A program made the translations under genes and the position numbers. A stretch of 64,000 bases of DNA. Source: Gemmatimonadota bacterium. Its GTDB lineage: Bacteria; Gemmatimonadota; Gemmatimonadetes; Gemmatimonadales; GWC2-71-9. The DNA lies in NCBI GenBank assembly GCA_041486305.1, contig JBGPLG010000002.1, positions 70,970 to 134,969 of the forward strand. Reading direction: 5' to 3'. A model generated the notes under the pieces. It worked only from the letters and a program-made list of their open reading frames with translations. It did no database searches and was not told the DNA's origin. Positions 9,589-19,818 of the stretch are shown in pieces (within the stretch, counting starts at the first letter, position 1; every line of letters starts with the position of its first letter).

Positions 9589-9780
9589 CGTCGCGTAGGC
9601 TTCTCCGTGAAGCGGATGGATTGAAACCGGACCTTCGCGGCAGCCCCGACCCCCGAGGTGACATGTGGTGGGCGCTGGCGCTAGGTCCTCTGATTGCGAG
9701 GCGTTGAATATAACAGCGATCGGGTCGGCTTCGTCAGCCGCGGCGTGGGCCAACGGGCCACTCCGGCTGAAGAGCATGCC

Positions 9781-11154
9781 TCAACCGCGCCTGTACTTTT
9801 TCCTGGCCGCCGCGACGCTAGTCAAGGCAGACACGCCGAGCAGGAAAACCGATAGCGCGAGCCCCAGCACCCAGCTTCCCGTAAGTCCGGCCGCCAGCCA
9901 GAGCGCGCCTGCCCCGGACGACACGACCAGCACGGAGCTCACCGGCATGACCTCGCGAAGTGTCGGCCGGGGCAGCCACGACACCAGGAGGGCTGAAGCC
10001 ACCGCGCCCCCGATCAAGACTCCCGGGGCTCCGATCCAGGCGCTGAGGAACCCGGTCACGACGACGCCGGCGACGGCGTACCCCAGGAGGCGGACAGAAA
10101 CTCCGTCCGGTGATGCGACGGCGTACGCGAGGGCCAGCCGGCTGCCCGGTCCGCTGGCGGTCAGCAGAATGGCGGCCGGAGCACACCGTAGAAAGCTCCC
10201 GATCGATCCGGGTTGGGTCACGGCAGCGTAGAGCAGGACCACCACGCTCGCCGCGAAGGCTGCCATCACGGTCGCGTGCCGCAGCACCACCATCAGCCGG
10301 CTCGTCGTCAACGGGTCCTCGCGGAGCCGACCGCGGAGCGACACCAGGGCATGAACCGGCACCGGAATGACGGACACGAGTGCCGTCGCGATGCTGAACG
10401 TCGCCCGTCCGATGCCCAATTCAGCGGGACCGAGCCAGCGGGAGGCCACCAGCACTGTCCCCCAGGTCCGCACAGTGTCGAACAGGGCGTTGGCACTCAG
10501 CGGAGCGGCCTCTCGAATGAGCGCGAGCCACCTCGCACCATCCCACTCGTCGGTCCACGGCAGACGAAACAGGGCAGCGGTCTCGACGACCACGATGATC
10601 GCGTAGGACGCCAAGACACCTCGCAGCAGGGAGTTGGCGCCGTTTCTCTCCATCCACCAGAGAAGGAGCGGAAGGCCGAAGTAGGGAACGGCATGAAGCG
10701 CGGAAAGAAGCGTCGCGGTCCGGGTTCGCCCCAGACCGATGATGACGTAGATGCAGTGGGATGAGGCGGCCCCAGCCAGGACCAGCGCGAGGACCACCCA
10801 GGCCGGTACCGCGTTCCGATTCAGGATCTCCGGCAACGGTGATGGAGGGATCAAAAGCAGAAGCGACAACCCCGCCGAGAGGAGCATGCGTAACCCGAGT
10901 GAGCGCCAGAACAGATTTCTTCGAACCCGTCCCTTTGCATCCCGGATGTCACGCGCCAAGAGAAGGTCCAGTCCCCCTCCACACACGCCGGCCACTAGCA
11001 TGACATATCCCTGCACGACCGTGAAGCGGCCGAATGTCACCAAGCCGGTTACCGCCGGCACCAGAAGATTGAAGCCGAGCAGCGACCCAAGGGCGACGAC
11101 CTGCTGGAAGTAGCCAAATCGCAGCGCGCGGGAGACACTCGCTCCGGTTTCCAT
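9781..11154 (-). CDS. polysaccharide/oligosaccharide flippase (Wzx-like, MOP superfamily) membrane protein
   Basis: 457 aa and almost entirely hydrophobic with about 12 predicted TM segments. Located in the polysaccharide locus. Assignment rests on topology and context rather than a crisp motif. Confidence 0.55.
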   Translation of the reverse strand: METGASVSRALRFGYFQQVVALGSLLGFNLLVPAVTGLVTFGRFTVVQGYVMLVAGVCGGGLDLLLARDIRDAKGRVRRNLFWRSLGLRMLLSAGLSLLLLIPPSPLPEILNRNAVPAWVVLALVLAGAASSHCIYVIIGLGRTRTATLLSALHAVPYFGLPLLLWWMERNGANSLLRGVLASYAIIVVVETAALFRLPWTDEWDGARWLALIREAAPLSANALFDTVRTWGTVLVASRWLGPAELGIGRATFSIATALVSVIPVPVHALVSLRGRLREDPLTTSRLMVVLRHATVMAAFAASVVVLLYAAVTQPGSIGSFLRCAPAAILLTASGPGSRLALAYAVASPDGVSVRLLGYAVAGVVVTGFLSAWIGAPGVLIGGAVASALLVSWLPRPTLREVMPVSSVLVVSSGAGALWLAAGLTGSWVLGLALSVFLLGVSALTSVAAARKKYRRG

Positions 11155-11336
11155 TGAGCCTCCCGTCAGCTGGCGTCCCGATGCAGGTCCGATAGATCAG
11201 CTCCCACGGCGGGCTCGCCCACCAGTTCGCGCGCGGACTACGAGCCAACGGGATGCCCAGGTGTTTGTTCGACCGGTGGCACTCTTGCAGTGGCTTCGGA
11301 TCGTACGGCGACACCGTTCTTCGACTTGTTCCTTCC

Positions 11337-13220
11337 TCATCGACTCAGGAATTGGTCGTGCCAGGCCAGCACTGAATAGGCGCGCCAGAGATCGAGGTGC
11401 TGCCCTGCCGGGCGCCGCATGAATGTCCGCGCGACCGCGCCCACCTTCGCCGGGTTTACATACTCACTCGCGAATGGCTCAGCGAGCAGGCGGGTGAGCC
11501 GCGGCACAATCGTCGCTGCAACCCACGGGCCGATCGGGCTGGCGAATCCCAGCTTGTCGCGGCGATTCACGACCACCGGAGGGACGATATCGCGCACGGC
11601 GTCACGAAGCAGACGCTTGGTAACGCCGCCGCTGACGAGGAATTCGTCGGGCACGCTGGCCGCGAACAGCACCAGCCGATGGTCGAGGTAGGGTACTCGC
11701 GCCTCGACGCCGAACGCCATGGCGTTCTTGTCTTCGTAGCGGAGCAGTGCCGGCAGCGACCAGCGAAGAAGGTACCCGAGCATCGCCCGGCGGAACCGGG
11801 AGATTCCGGGGGCGCCGAAATCCGGCCCAGCGGTCTGGCGATCCGCCAGCGCCGCGCGCGCTCCCTCGGAAAGCCAATCGCCGGAATTCCCTGACGCTGG
11901 CCCGCGGGTGCGCCCGAGCGCCCGGCCAGCTATGGCCCGTAAATAGCCGGCGGACAGCCGGGGAGGACGCTTGTGGCGGACCACTTCGAGTAGGGTGCCC
12001 GCGGCCGCGCCGATCCTGCCTGTGGCCAACTGATCGACCAGGAGCGGCAGCAAAAAGGTCTTGTAGCCCCCGAGGTACTCGTCAGCGCCCTGGCCGTCGA
12101 GCACCACCTTGATCCCGCTGGCCCGGATCTGCTCGAAGAGTCGCCATTGGAGATAGACCCCAGGCGAGCCGAACGGCTCTTCCTGATTCTCGACCAGCCG
12201 ATCAATGTCTCGGTTGAAATCGTGCTCATCCGGATGCACGAAGACACGGGTAAGCCGGTGCCGCTCGGCCACCGCGGTAGCATAGGCCGATTCGTCGAAC
12301 GGGAGTCCGGGGAACCCTGCCGTGAAGGTGAATGGGCGCGACCCATCCCGACTGAGCTGCCCGGCGGCGAGCGACACCAGCGACGAGGAGTCAAGCCCCC
12401 CCGAGAGGCACATCCCGACGGGCACGTCGCTCCGGAGATGGAACTCCACTGCGCTTTCGAGCAGGCCTCGGAATTCTCTCGTCGCCTGGTCATACCCGAT
12501 CTCCGCCGGCGCGAGAAGCCGGAGGGCGGAATCGTCCCAGTAGGGGGTGAATTGCGGCTCGCCCGGCGCGTCGAGCGGGACCCGCGCATAGGTTCCGGCT
12601 GGAACCCGGCGGATCCCCGCGAAGAAGGTCCCCTCGTCGGTATCGGCCTCGCCCAAGGCGAGAAACCCGGCGACGCGGGCCGGATCCGCCGCAGGAGTAA
12701 GGAATCCGCTGGCCAGAAGGGCCCGAATTTCCGAGCCGAACACCAACCCCACCGGAGTCACCGCATAGTAGAGCGGCTTGATGCCAAAGCGATCGCGCGA
12801 GAGAAACAACTCTCTTCTTCCGGGATCGACGATGGCGAACGCCCACATCCCGAGCATCCGATCGAGCGCGGCGGGGCCCCAGTGGAGCACAGCCTGAAGG
12901 ACGACCTCGGTATCGCTTGCGGTCGTGAATCGGTGTCCCTGCTGTTCGAGCTCCGCGCGGAGCTCCCGGTAATTGTAGAGCTCCCCATTGAAGATGAGCC
13001 GCGCACCGCTTTCGGGATGCATGAACGGTTGGTCGGCCTCGGCGGTCAGGTCGATGATCGCCAGTCGCGCATGCCCCAAGCCCACCCCTTCGTGAACCCA
13101 GCACTTGCGCCCGTCGGGTCCACGGTGCGCGATGGCGCCGACCATTCGTTCGACGAGGCCGACAAGGTCCCGGCGTGCCTCCCTCGATCCGGCGAGAACC
13201 ACACCGCAGATCCCGCACAT
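11337..13220 (-). CDS. asparagine synthase (glutamine-hydrolysing) family amidotransferase
   Basis: Ntn-glutaminase N-terminus MCGICGV, then a synthetase domain with PP-loop CLSGGLDSS. 627 aa. Sits inside the polysaccharide locus, which is the context of WbpS-like amidotransferases. Confidence 0.85.
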   Translation of the reverse strand: MCGICGVVLAGSREARRDLVGLVERMVGAIAHRGPDGRKCWVHEGVGLGHARLAIIDLTAEADQPFMHPESGARLIFNGELYNYRELRAELEQQGHRFTTASDTEVVLQAVLHWGPAALDRMLGMWAFAIVDPGRRELFLSRDRFGIKPLYYAVTPVGLVFGSEIRALLASGFLTPAADPARVAGFLALGEADTDEGTFFAGIRRVPAGTYARVPLDAPGEPQFTPYWDDSALRLLAPAEIGYDQATREFRGLLESAVEFHLRSDVPVGMCLSGGLDSSSLVSLAAGQLSRDGSRPFTFTAGFPGLPFDESAYATAVAERHRLTRVFVHPDEHDFNRDIDRLVENQEEPFGSPGVYLQWRLFEQIRASGIKVVLDGQGADEYLGGYKTFLLPLLVDQLATGRIGAAAGTLLEVVRHKRPPRLSAGYLRAIAGRALGRTRGPASGNSGDWLSEGARAALADRQTAGPDFGAPGISRFRRAMLGYLLRWSLPALLRYEDKNAMAFGVEARVPYLDHRLVLFAASVPDEFLVSGGVTKRLLRDAVRDIVPPVVVNRRDKLGFASPIGPWVAATIVPRLTRLLAEPFASEYVNPAKVGAVARTFMRRPAGQHLDLWRAYSVLAWHDQFLSR

Positions 13221-13226
13221 CCGCGG

Positions 13227-14201
13227 CTACCCGGATCCTTCCAAGGGGCTCGCCTCCCGCACGGAGAGACCGCCGAGTCGCGGAGCAAATCGCCGCGTCT
13301 TGAGTGCGACGACCATCCCCTGAATCACGCGGAAAGGATTCTCGACTCCCGGCCCCGAGGCCAGAGCGGCAAACGCCTTGCGCTCCCCCACCCGAACCAG
13401 CGCGCGCGGACTGGCGATCCCGTAGAAGGCGTCGTATCCCATGGCAGTCAGCTCGTCGTGGAGATCGCCAGCATGATACCCCATCTCGGCACAGGCCTCT
13501 TCGTTCAGCTCCATTACGATGATGGGACTCCGATCTCCCCGGAGCGTCCGGCCCGCACCACGCAGCACCAGCCGCTCGGCACCCTCCACGTCGATCTTGA
13601 GCACCTCGCAGCCGTCGAGTCCCAGCCGGACGAGCTCCGCGTCGAGGGTCGTCAATGGCACCTCGACCGTGGCCTCTTGAGTAGGGGTAGCTGCCAGCGC
13701 TGCCGTCCCACTGGCGCCAGGTACGGCCGGCCGCATCGGCGCGGTCCCGGAACGATCCGCGAGAGCAGCACGGATCGGCAGGGCGATTGACCCTAGCGCG
13801 TTGAGCCCCAGGTGCTCCTTCAGCCGGGCGAACGTATCCAGCACTGGCTCGAACGCGACCACCCGCCCCGTCGGTCCCACCAGTTGGGCAAAGAGCGTGG
13901 TGAACCATCCCATGTTGGCTCCCGCGTCGACGATGAGGTCGCCGCGCCGCGTGAGCGCGCGGCAGATCGCGGTGACCTCCGGCTCGTACTCGAGGCCATG
14001 CCAGATCGCCCAATACATGCTGTCGGGACCCACGTGGAACCGCCGCCCGTCGGACAATGTCACGATCGCGTCAGGAATGTCTTCGATACGGGCACCGAAC
14101 CGCTGCCGAAGCCGCAGCCGCCGGTCGGCCGGGATGGCCCGCATCGCAAGACGAATGACGGGCCTTGGAAGGTATCGGAGGAGCCGCCAGATCATGGCCA
14201 T
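13227..14201 (-). CDS. FkbM-family SAM-dependent methyltransferase
   Basis: Motif DAGANMGWFT followed by V.AFEP and FkbM-type C-terminal blocks (LKIDVEGAE..VL.G). 6-nt gap to asnB-like and 1-nt gap from the wzy-like gene. Confidence 0.7.
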   Translation of the reverse strand: MAMIWRLLRYLPRPVIRLAMRAIPADRRLRLRQRFGARIEDIPDAIVTLSDGRRFHVGPDSMYWAIWHGLEYEPEVTAICRALTRRGDLIVDAGANMGWFTTLFAQLVGPTGRVVAFEPVLDTFARLKEHLGLNALGSIALPIRAALADRSGTAPMRPAVPGASGTAALAATPTQEATVEVPLTTLDAELVRLGLDGCEVLKIDVEGAERLVLRGAGRTLRGDRSPIIVMELNEEACAEMGYHAGDLHDELTAMGYDAFYGIASPRALVRVGERKAFAALASGPGVENPFRVIQGMVVALKTRRFAPRLGGLSVREASPLEGSG

Positions 14202-14202
14202 G

Positions 14203-15438
14203 TCAGGGCGCGGCGGCCGGCCGCTCCCAAGGGAGTCGAAGGGCGAAGAGTGCGAAGGCGAGATAATAGTTGTACGACAGCGCGGTGTAGGTGGTGGAGG
14301 TCAGCGTGAAAAGTACCCCGGTCCCGAACCCCGCGCTGAGGGCGAGCAGGATGCCGAAGTCTTCCGGCCGGGACTTGAGCCGGCCCAGCAGACGGAAGGC
14401 GCGAAGAAGAGCGCCGCCGACAACGCCGTAATAGAGCAGGAGCCCGATGAGGCCCGTCGATCCCGCCACAAACGCAACGTGGCTGTGCGGGAGAGCGATG
14501 CCCACGGTCGCGAGCACGATGTCCACGGAGGAAGGATCGGCGAATTGGTGCCCGATCCCCTGCCCGATGACGGGGGATGCCAGGAAGCCTTCCCCGAATA
14601 CTCGGAGCTCCTCGACGCGGCCGAGAATCGAGCGGCCACCTTCCACACTCTCCGCCGAGAGCCGGCTCTGCCATTGCCCGAGGAATGGCACGAAGACGAC
14701 CACCCCCAGCGCCGCGAAGCTCAGCGCGCCCCCCAACAGGGCGAGCCGCCGCCCGCGCAGTGCGATGCCGAGCGCCAAGAAGGCGGTAAGGCAGCCGATC
14801 AGGAGCGCCCCGAGCATGGCGCGCGTGACACCGAGCAGGACTGCCGACAGAATGACCAGGAAGGAGAGGCCATAGAACAGCCGACGAGACCCGCTCGTAG
14901 CCACGAGCCCCCGGACGAAGGCGATGGTTCCGCCCATCGCCAGGACCGGGTATGAGAGCGCGCGCTGTCCCCCGCCTTCGATCATCGTCACTCGGCCTCC
15001 GGACAGGAGGTATCCTCCTGACACGCCCACCCACCAGACTAGACCTGAGATGACCAGGGCCCCCAACAGGGTCATGTCGAGAAACACCCCCACGTGCCGT
15101 TCGTCGAACCCGGCCAGTACGAACAGGTAGTAAGCGCCGAGCATGACGAAGGGCACCGTGGTGACCAGGATCATCGTGGGGTCGTTCCCGCGGAGCCACG
15201 AGAGATACGGATTAACCACCAACAGGTACGCCAGCAGCGCGAGCAATGGCAGGTGCGTGAGCGACATCAGCTGGCGCGGGCGTGTCACGCCGAATCCACG
15301 CTCGAGGAGCGCCATCAGAACCGCGAGTGCCAGGAAGCCCGCCACCAGCGCCTCCGACGCACCGCTACGCGTCACTGTCCCCTGGGGAAACAGCAGCACC
15401 ACAAGAGGAAACAGGAGCAGCAGGCCGCGCGCAATCAT
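14203..15438 (-). CDS. O-antigen polymerase/ligase-family (Wzy_C) membrane protein
   Basis: About 10-12 TM segments. Wzy_C-like loop and motif GIGHQFADPSS...LPHSHVAFVAGSTGLIGLLLY. Confidence 0.65.
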   Translation of the reverse strand: MIARGLLLLFPLVVLLFPQGTVTRSGASEALVAGFLALAVLMALLERGFGVTRPRQLMSLTHLPLLALLAYLLVVNPYLSWLRGNDPTMILVTTVPFVMLGAYYLFVLAGFDERHVGVFLDMTLLGALVISGLVWWVGVSGGYLLSGGRVTMIEGGGQRALSYPVLAMGGTIAFVRGLVATSGSRRLFYGLSFLVILSAVLLGVTRAMLGALLIGCLTAFLALGIALRGRRLALLGGALSFAALGVVVFVPFLGQWQSRLSAESVEGGRSILGRVEELRVFGEGFLASPVIGQGIGHQFADPSSVDIVLATVGIALPHSHVAFVAGSTGLIGLLLYYGVVGGALLRAFRLLGRLKSRPEDFGILLALSAGFGTGVLFTLTSTTYTALSYNYYLAFALFALRLPWERPAAAP

Positions 15439-15445
15439 CGCAGCG

Positions 15446-16282
15446 TCACCCCGCTGCCTCGCGCATCTTGACGGTCACCATCCATTCGATGACCGCCTTG
15501 AGGACACAGTAGTCGAATCCCGCCCGCCCATCGAGCACACCGAGACGAATGACATACAGGTAGCAGAAGGCCAGCGCCGGCCTGAAAGGCAGCCGGATGA
15601 ACCGTTCCTTGAGCCACCGCCGTCGCTCGGTCTTGGTCCCGAACAGCCGGCCCCGCAGCAGGTCGCCGTGGCGACCCTCCTGTACGTCCCGGTAGGCTTG
15701 GGCCTCGAGCGTCGAGAACTCGTTCATCCGCTGCACGTAGTATTCGAAGCCCTTCCGATCCTGATGGAGCAAGTGGCCCTGCAGGAAGCCCTCCCGGCCC
15801 GGCGCCAGTTGTGGGTGCGCGTTTGCACTTCGCCGCTCGTATCGTACCACCTGGTGCCGGAACAGCCTGAGGCTCCAGGTTGGATACATGCTCGCCCGGC
15901 GGATCCACTTTCCCATGAAGATGGTCTTAAATCGGAGCCAGTAGCCGTCTTTCGCCGGATCGTTCCTTGCCACCGCGGCAACAATCTCCTCTTTGAGCGG
16001 CGGCTCCATCGTTTCGTCGGCATCGAGAATGAATACCCACTCGTGGTCGATCGGGAGGGTCTCGAGCGCCCAATTCCGCTGTTCGACGAGCCTCGTGCGG
16101 GTGCAGGGACGGGAGACGACGGTGACGCCGGCGGCTCGCGCCAGTTCCGCGGTCTTGTCGCAGCTGGCCGAATCGATCACGAATACCTGCGCGGCCCAGC
16201 CGACGACATCGCGCAGCGCATGCGGGAGATTGATTTCTTCGTTGAGCGCGTGCACCAGGACAGTAACGGGCACCGGCCCCAT
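15446..16282 (-). CDS. glycosyltransferase family 2
   Basis: N-terminal GT-A fold signatures VTVLVHALNEEINL, VIDSASCDKT and ILDADE (D-x-D). Confidence 0.75.
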   Translation of the reverse strand: MGPVPVTVLVHALNEEINLPHALRDVVGWAAQVFVIDSASCDKTAELARAAGVTVVSRPCTRTRLVEQRNWALETLPIDHEWVFILDADETMEPPLKEEIVAAVARNDPAKDGYWLRFKTIFMGKWIRRASMYPTWSLRLFRHQVVRYERRSANAHPQLAPGREGFLQGHLLHQDRKGFEYYVQRMNEFSTLEAQAYRDVQEGRHGDLLRGRLFGTKTERRRWLKERFIRLPFRPALAFCYLYVIRLGVLDGRAGFDYCVLKAVIEWMVTVKMREAAG

Positions 16283-16465
16283 ATGGTCTCGTCGTAGAGG
16301 AAGGTCTGACTGCCCCGCCTGCCCGCGGGTAACTTAACGCTGGGCCATCTCCCGCCAGAGGACACATGGCTCACTCGCAGCAGGAACCCGCCGGCGCACG
16401 GCGCAGGCAACTGGATCAGAACAGCAGCAGGGGAAGATCCGGGAACGCCGACGGCGGAACCGCGT

Positions 16466-18439
16466 TCAGGGCGCCTGCGGTGCCGGTCTGAACAGCTCGC
16501 TTTGGGGAAGCTCGGCGCTCCTTCCCTCGGCGATGTCGTTTCCACCGATCCCCGGCTGGTAGTCGGGCACCAGCTGCCTGAGATGCTGCCGAAGCAATTC
16601 GTCCGGCGCGCCGAGCTGCGCGGCGGAGATCAGCTCCGACACGGCCGCGGAGAGCCCAACCGGTAGGGGCGGCTGCTTGGCGCGGAGCACTTTGGGATGC
16701 CCTGTGGGCGTGGTGACCTCGGGCCCGAAGAACAGTTCCTCATAGAGCTTTTCCCCCGCCCGCACCCCCGTGAAGACCACCTCGATATCACGGCCCATCT
16801 CGAGCCCCGACAGGCGCACCAGGTCGTGAGCCAGGTCGAGGATCCGGACCGGCTCCCCCATGTCGAGGACAAAAATCTCTCCCCCGCTACCCAGCGCCGC
16901 CGCCTGCAACACCAGCTGCGAGGACTCCGGGATCGTCATGAAATAGCGCCGCATCTCCGGATGGGTGATCGTAATCGGACCGCCCTTGCGGATCTGATCC
17001 AGGAACGCCGGGACGACGCTGCCCCTGCTTCCCAATACGTTGCCGAACCGCACCGCCACAAAATGCTGCCCGTGCGCCTCGGCTAGCTCCTGGACGATCT
17101 GCTCGGCGACCCGCTTGGTGGCTCCCATGACGCTGGTTGGCCGGACCGCCTTGTCGGTCGAGATCATCAGGAGCGTCGCGTCGACCGTGACAGCGCATTC
17201 GGCGACGTTGCGGGTGCCCAGGACGTTGTTGGTGATGGCCTCGGGAATGTTCTCCTCCATCAGCGGCACATGCTTGTGCGCGGCGGCGTGGAGGATCGTA
17301 TGCGGCTGCCACCGTGAGATCAGGTCCTCGCACCGGGCCCGGTCGCGGATGTCGGCGATGAGCGGGACGGTATGCACGCCGGGATGCACCTCGACCAACT
17401 CGCGCTGGATCCGGAAGATCGAGTTTTCACCGTGGCCCAGCAGGAGCAGACGCGCCGGCCCCTGGGCCGCGACTTGTCTGCACAACTCACTGCCGATCGA
17501 GCCCCCCGCCCCGGTGACAAGCACCGTTCGCCCCCGGATCATCGCGCCAACCCGTTGGAGGTCGGTTTGCACCGGCTCGCGCCGTAACAGGTCCTGGATC
17601 TGCACCGGCCGGAGGCTGGTGACATGAACGCGACCGGTGAGGATCTCTGAAACCGACGGAACGGTGCGAGCGGAAACCTGCGCGGCCCGCGCGCTGTCGA
17701 GCACGGCGCGGACCACCCGCCCCGGCGCCGAGGGCATCGCGATGATCACCTCGTCGGCGCCGTGGTCGCCCGCCAAGTGGGACAGATCCTTGAGCCGCCC
17801 GACCACAGGAATTCCCTGCAAGCGCTGTCCCTGCTTCGCAGGGGCGTCATCGAGAAAGCCGACCGGCAAGATGCCGAGCGCCGGGTTGGCGAGGAGCTCC
17901 CGGGCCACCAGGCCTCCGGCCGATCCCGCCCCGGCGATCAGGGCACGCCGAGGCGGTTTGCTACTCAAGACGAGGAAGGCCTTCCGGGTGGCGAGCCGCA
18001 CCAGGATTCTCGGTCCGGCGATCAGGCCCATTGTGAGCAGGCCATCGAGAGCGAGAACCGAAAGCGGGACCCGCACCGGGGTTAAGCCCAGCGCGGGCAA
18101 AACCCAAGCACCCGCGATGAAGTCCAATATCGCCGCCACGGAGGTGGCGATCAGCACCCGCTCCAGGTCCACCATGCCCGCGAACCGCCACATCCGGCGG
18201 TAGAGCCCGAAGAAGGCGAAGCAGGCCGCCCGTAGCGGCAGGGTAAGGAGCGCGTAGACCCCGAGGACCGAGGGGTAGGGCGTGGGGGGTATGAAAGACT
18301 CGAATCGGAACGACGTCGCGAGAAGAATGGCCAGGAGTCCGACGCCAAAATCCAGCGGCAGCAGTATGCGGTCCGGCAGCTCCAGCTCCCACCGGGGGAG
18401 CCGGCTCGCGGGGCGAAGCGGTGGGGTAAGCTCGGGCAT
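16466..18439 (-). CDS. membrane-anchored NDP-sugar 4,6-dehydratase (CapD/WbpM/PglF family)
   Basis: N-terminal TM segments followed by two Rossmann regions (LIAGAGSAGG; VLVTGAGGSIGSEL) and the CapD core (MISTDKAVRPTSVMGATKR). Confidence 0.85.
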   Translation of the reverse strand: MPELTPPLRPASRLPRWELELPDRILLPLDFGVGLLAILLATSFRFESFIPPTPYPSVLGVYALLTLPLRAACFAFFGLYRRMWRFAGMVDLERVLIATSVAAILDFIAGAWVLPALGLTPVRVPLSVLALDGLLTMGLIAGPRILVRLATRKAFLVLSSKPPRRALIAGAGSAGGLVARELLANPALGILPVGFLDDAPAKQGQRLQGIPVVGRLKDLSHLAGDHGADEVIIAMPSAPGRVVRAVLDSARAAQVSARTVPSVSEILTGRVHVTSLRPVQIQDLLRREPVQTDLQRVGAMIRGRTVLVTGAGGSIGSELCRQVAAQGPARLLLLGHGENSIFRIQRELVEVHPGVHTVPLIADIRDRARCEDLISRWQPHTILHAAAHKHVPLMEENIPEAITNNVLGTRNVAECAVTVDATLLMISTDKAVRPTSVMGATKRVAEQIVQELAEAHGQHFVAVRFGNVLGSRGSVVPAFLDQIRKGGPITITHPEMRRYFMTIPESSQLVLQAAALGSGGEIFVLDMGEPVRILDLAHDLVRLSGLEMGRDIEVVFTGVRAGEKLYEELFFGPEVTTPTGHPKVLRAKQPPLPVGLSAAVSELISAAQLGAPDELLRQHLRQLVPDYQPGIGGNDIAEGRSAELPQSELFRPAPQAP

Positions 18440-18505
18440 TCCTTACAAGATGGTGAGGAAGGGCCTGTGGCGAAAGTGCTGTGGAGGATGATCGGCCCCC
18501 GATTT

Positions 18506-19738
18506 CTACGCCTCCGGCGCGAGCGATACCCCGGTATTCGGTTGCGACGATACCAGCCGGAGACCGGCAGCCGGCTTGGCCACGTACACGATCCAGGGCA
18601 GCAGGGCTACCGGCGCACCGGGCAGGGCGCTGAGTAGGCCGACGGCCAGGGCCGCGATGACCTCGAGTCCCGCCATCCGCCGCACCAGCACCATCGGCTG
18701 GGCCGACGTGTTGAGCGACTGGTAACGCACTCGCAGCGCCAGGACGAGATACGAGCCGATGACCACCATCATCGAGGCGGGAGAGAGCAGCTTCTCCAGG
18801 TCGCTGTCCGGCCTCCCATTCCACACCAGTGCGAGGACCAGCGCACCGGCCGCAATCGTGGCGAGCGCCAGCGGCGAAAGCCAACGGCCGTCGACCGCGG
18901 GCCCGGTGATGCGCTCGCCCGACGCCCACCGCCGAACTCGAGACGCGATATAGGTGTCCACAAAGATCGCCCGTAGCGTTTCGGTAGCCCGCAGAATCAG
19001 ATTGAAGCCGGTGAGCAGTCCCGGGACCGTCATGAGCGCCGTGCGCATCAAGAGTTGCGCCGCCTGCCCGCCCACGGCGCCGGCGGCATGCCATGCGATC
19101 GGCCGGAGGCCCTCGGCGGCTGAGAGGGGCGGACCGAGCTCGGGGTGGTCACCGAACCGGCTGAGCACCGCGAGGGCGGCCAACTGGAGCAGCGGCGCGG
19201 CGAGAAACAGTCCCACCACCCGCGTGGCGAATGCCTCGGTCGATGGGGTTGGCAGGAGCAGAACTGCGACTACGAAAAGGTTGGGCATCACGGTGACGGC
19301 GTGCACCGGGAGTAACGGTCCCGACCGCTGGCTCCTTGGCAGCACCCACGCGAGGAAGAGGTTGGCGGCCCCAGCCGTGCCGGCGATCAGCACCCAGTTC
19401 CACGGCACCGTCCCGGCTCCGGCACGGTAGAGAACGGTGGTGATCGCGGCTGCGACCGCGATGCCGGAGCCGATCGCCGCCCACAACCGGGCGCTCAAGC
19501 GCCGCTGCAGCAGGTTGAGGGCGGCCAGACGGAGCGGCTCTCCGAGGAGGGCAATGGAGTAGGTGATCGAGAGCGCGAGCTGGAGTCTGTCGTTGGCCTC
19601 GCTGATGCCGAGCCGTTTGACCACCAGCACTTCTCGCCCGAGTCCGAGCAGGGCGCTCACACCCGAGAGCACCACCGCGGCCTGATAGGCGCTGGGCTTC
19701 CGGCCCCGGAAGAGCTGCGCTGGTGAGGGACCGGTCAT
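18506..19738 (-). CDS. MOP-superfamily (MurJ/MviN-like) membrane protein, short form
   Basis: Start re-set to ATG 19736-19738 (MTGPSPAQLFRGRK...). The N-terminus LGLGREVLVVKRLGISEANDRLQLALSI resembles the MurJ N-terminal motif. About 410 aa and polytopic. The upstream 125 codons of the track ORF are Gly/Arg-rich noise. Confidence 0.5.
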   Translation of the reverse strand: MTGPSPAQLFRGRKPSAYQAAVVLSGVSALLGLGREVLVVKRLGISEANDRLQLALSITYSIALLGEPLRLAALNLLQRRLSARLWAAIGSGIAVAAAITTVLYRAGAGTVPWNWVLIAGTAGAANLFLAWVLPRSQRSGPLLPVHAVTVMPNLFVVAVLLLPTPSTEAFATRVVGLFLAAPLLQLAALAVLSRFGDHPELGPPLSAAEGLRPIAWHAAGAVGGQAAQLLMRTALMTVPGLLTGFNLILRATETLRAIFVDTYIASRVRRWASGERITGPAVDGRWLSPLALATIAAGALVLALVWNGRPDSDLEKLLSPASMMVVIGSYLVLALRVRYQSLNTSAQPMVLVRRMAGLEVIAALAVGLLSALPGAPVALLPWIVYVAKPAAGLRLVSSQPNTGVSLAPEA

Positions 19739-19818
19739 CCAGTCGTGCCTTCCTTCGCCTTGAATCCGGCGGGAATGATACAGCGCCGTCCCGGTATCGT
19801 ACAGGGCGGGAACCCGTC

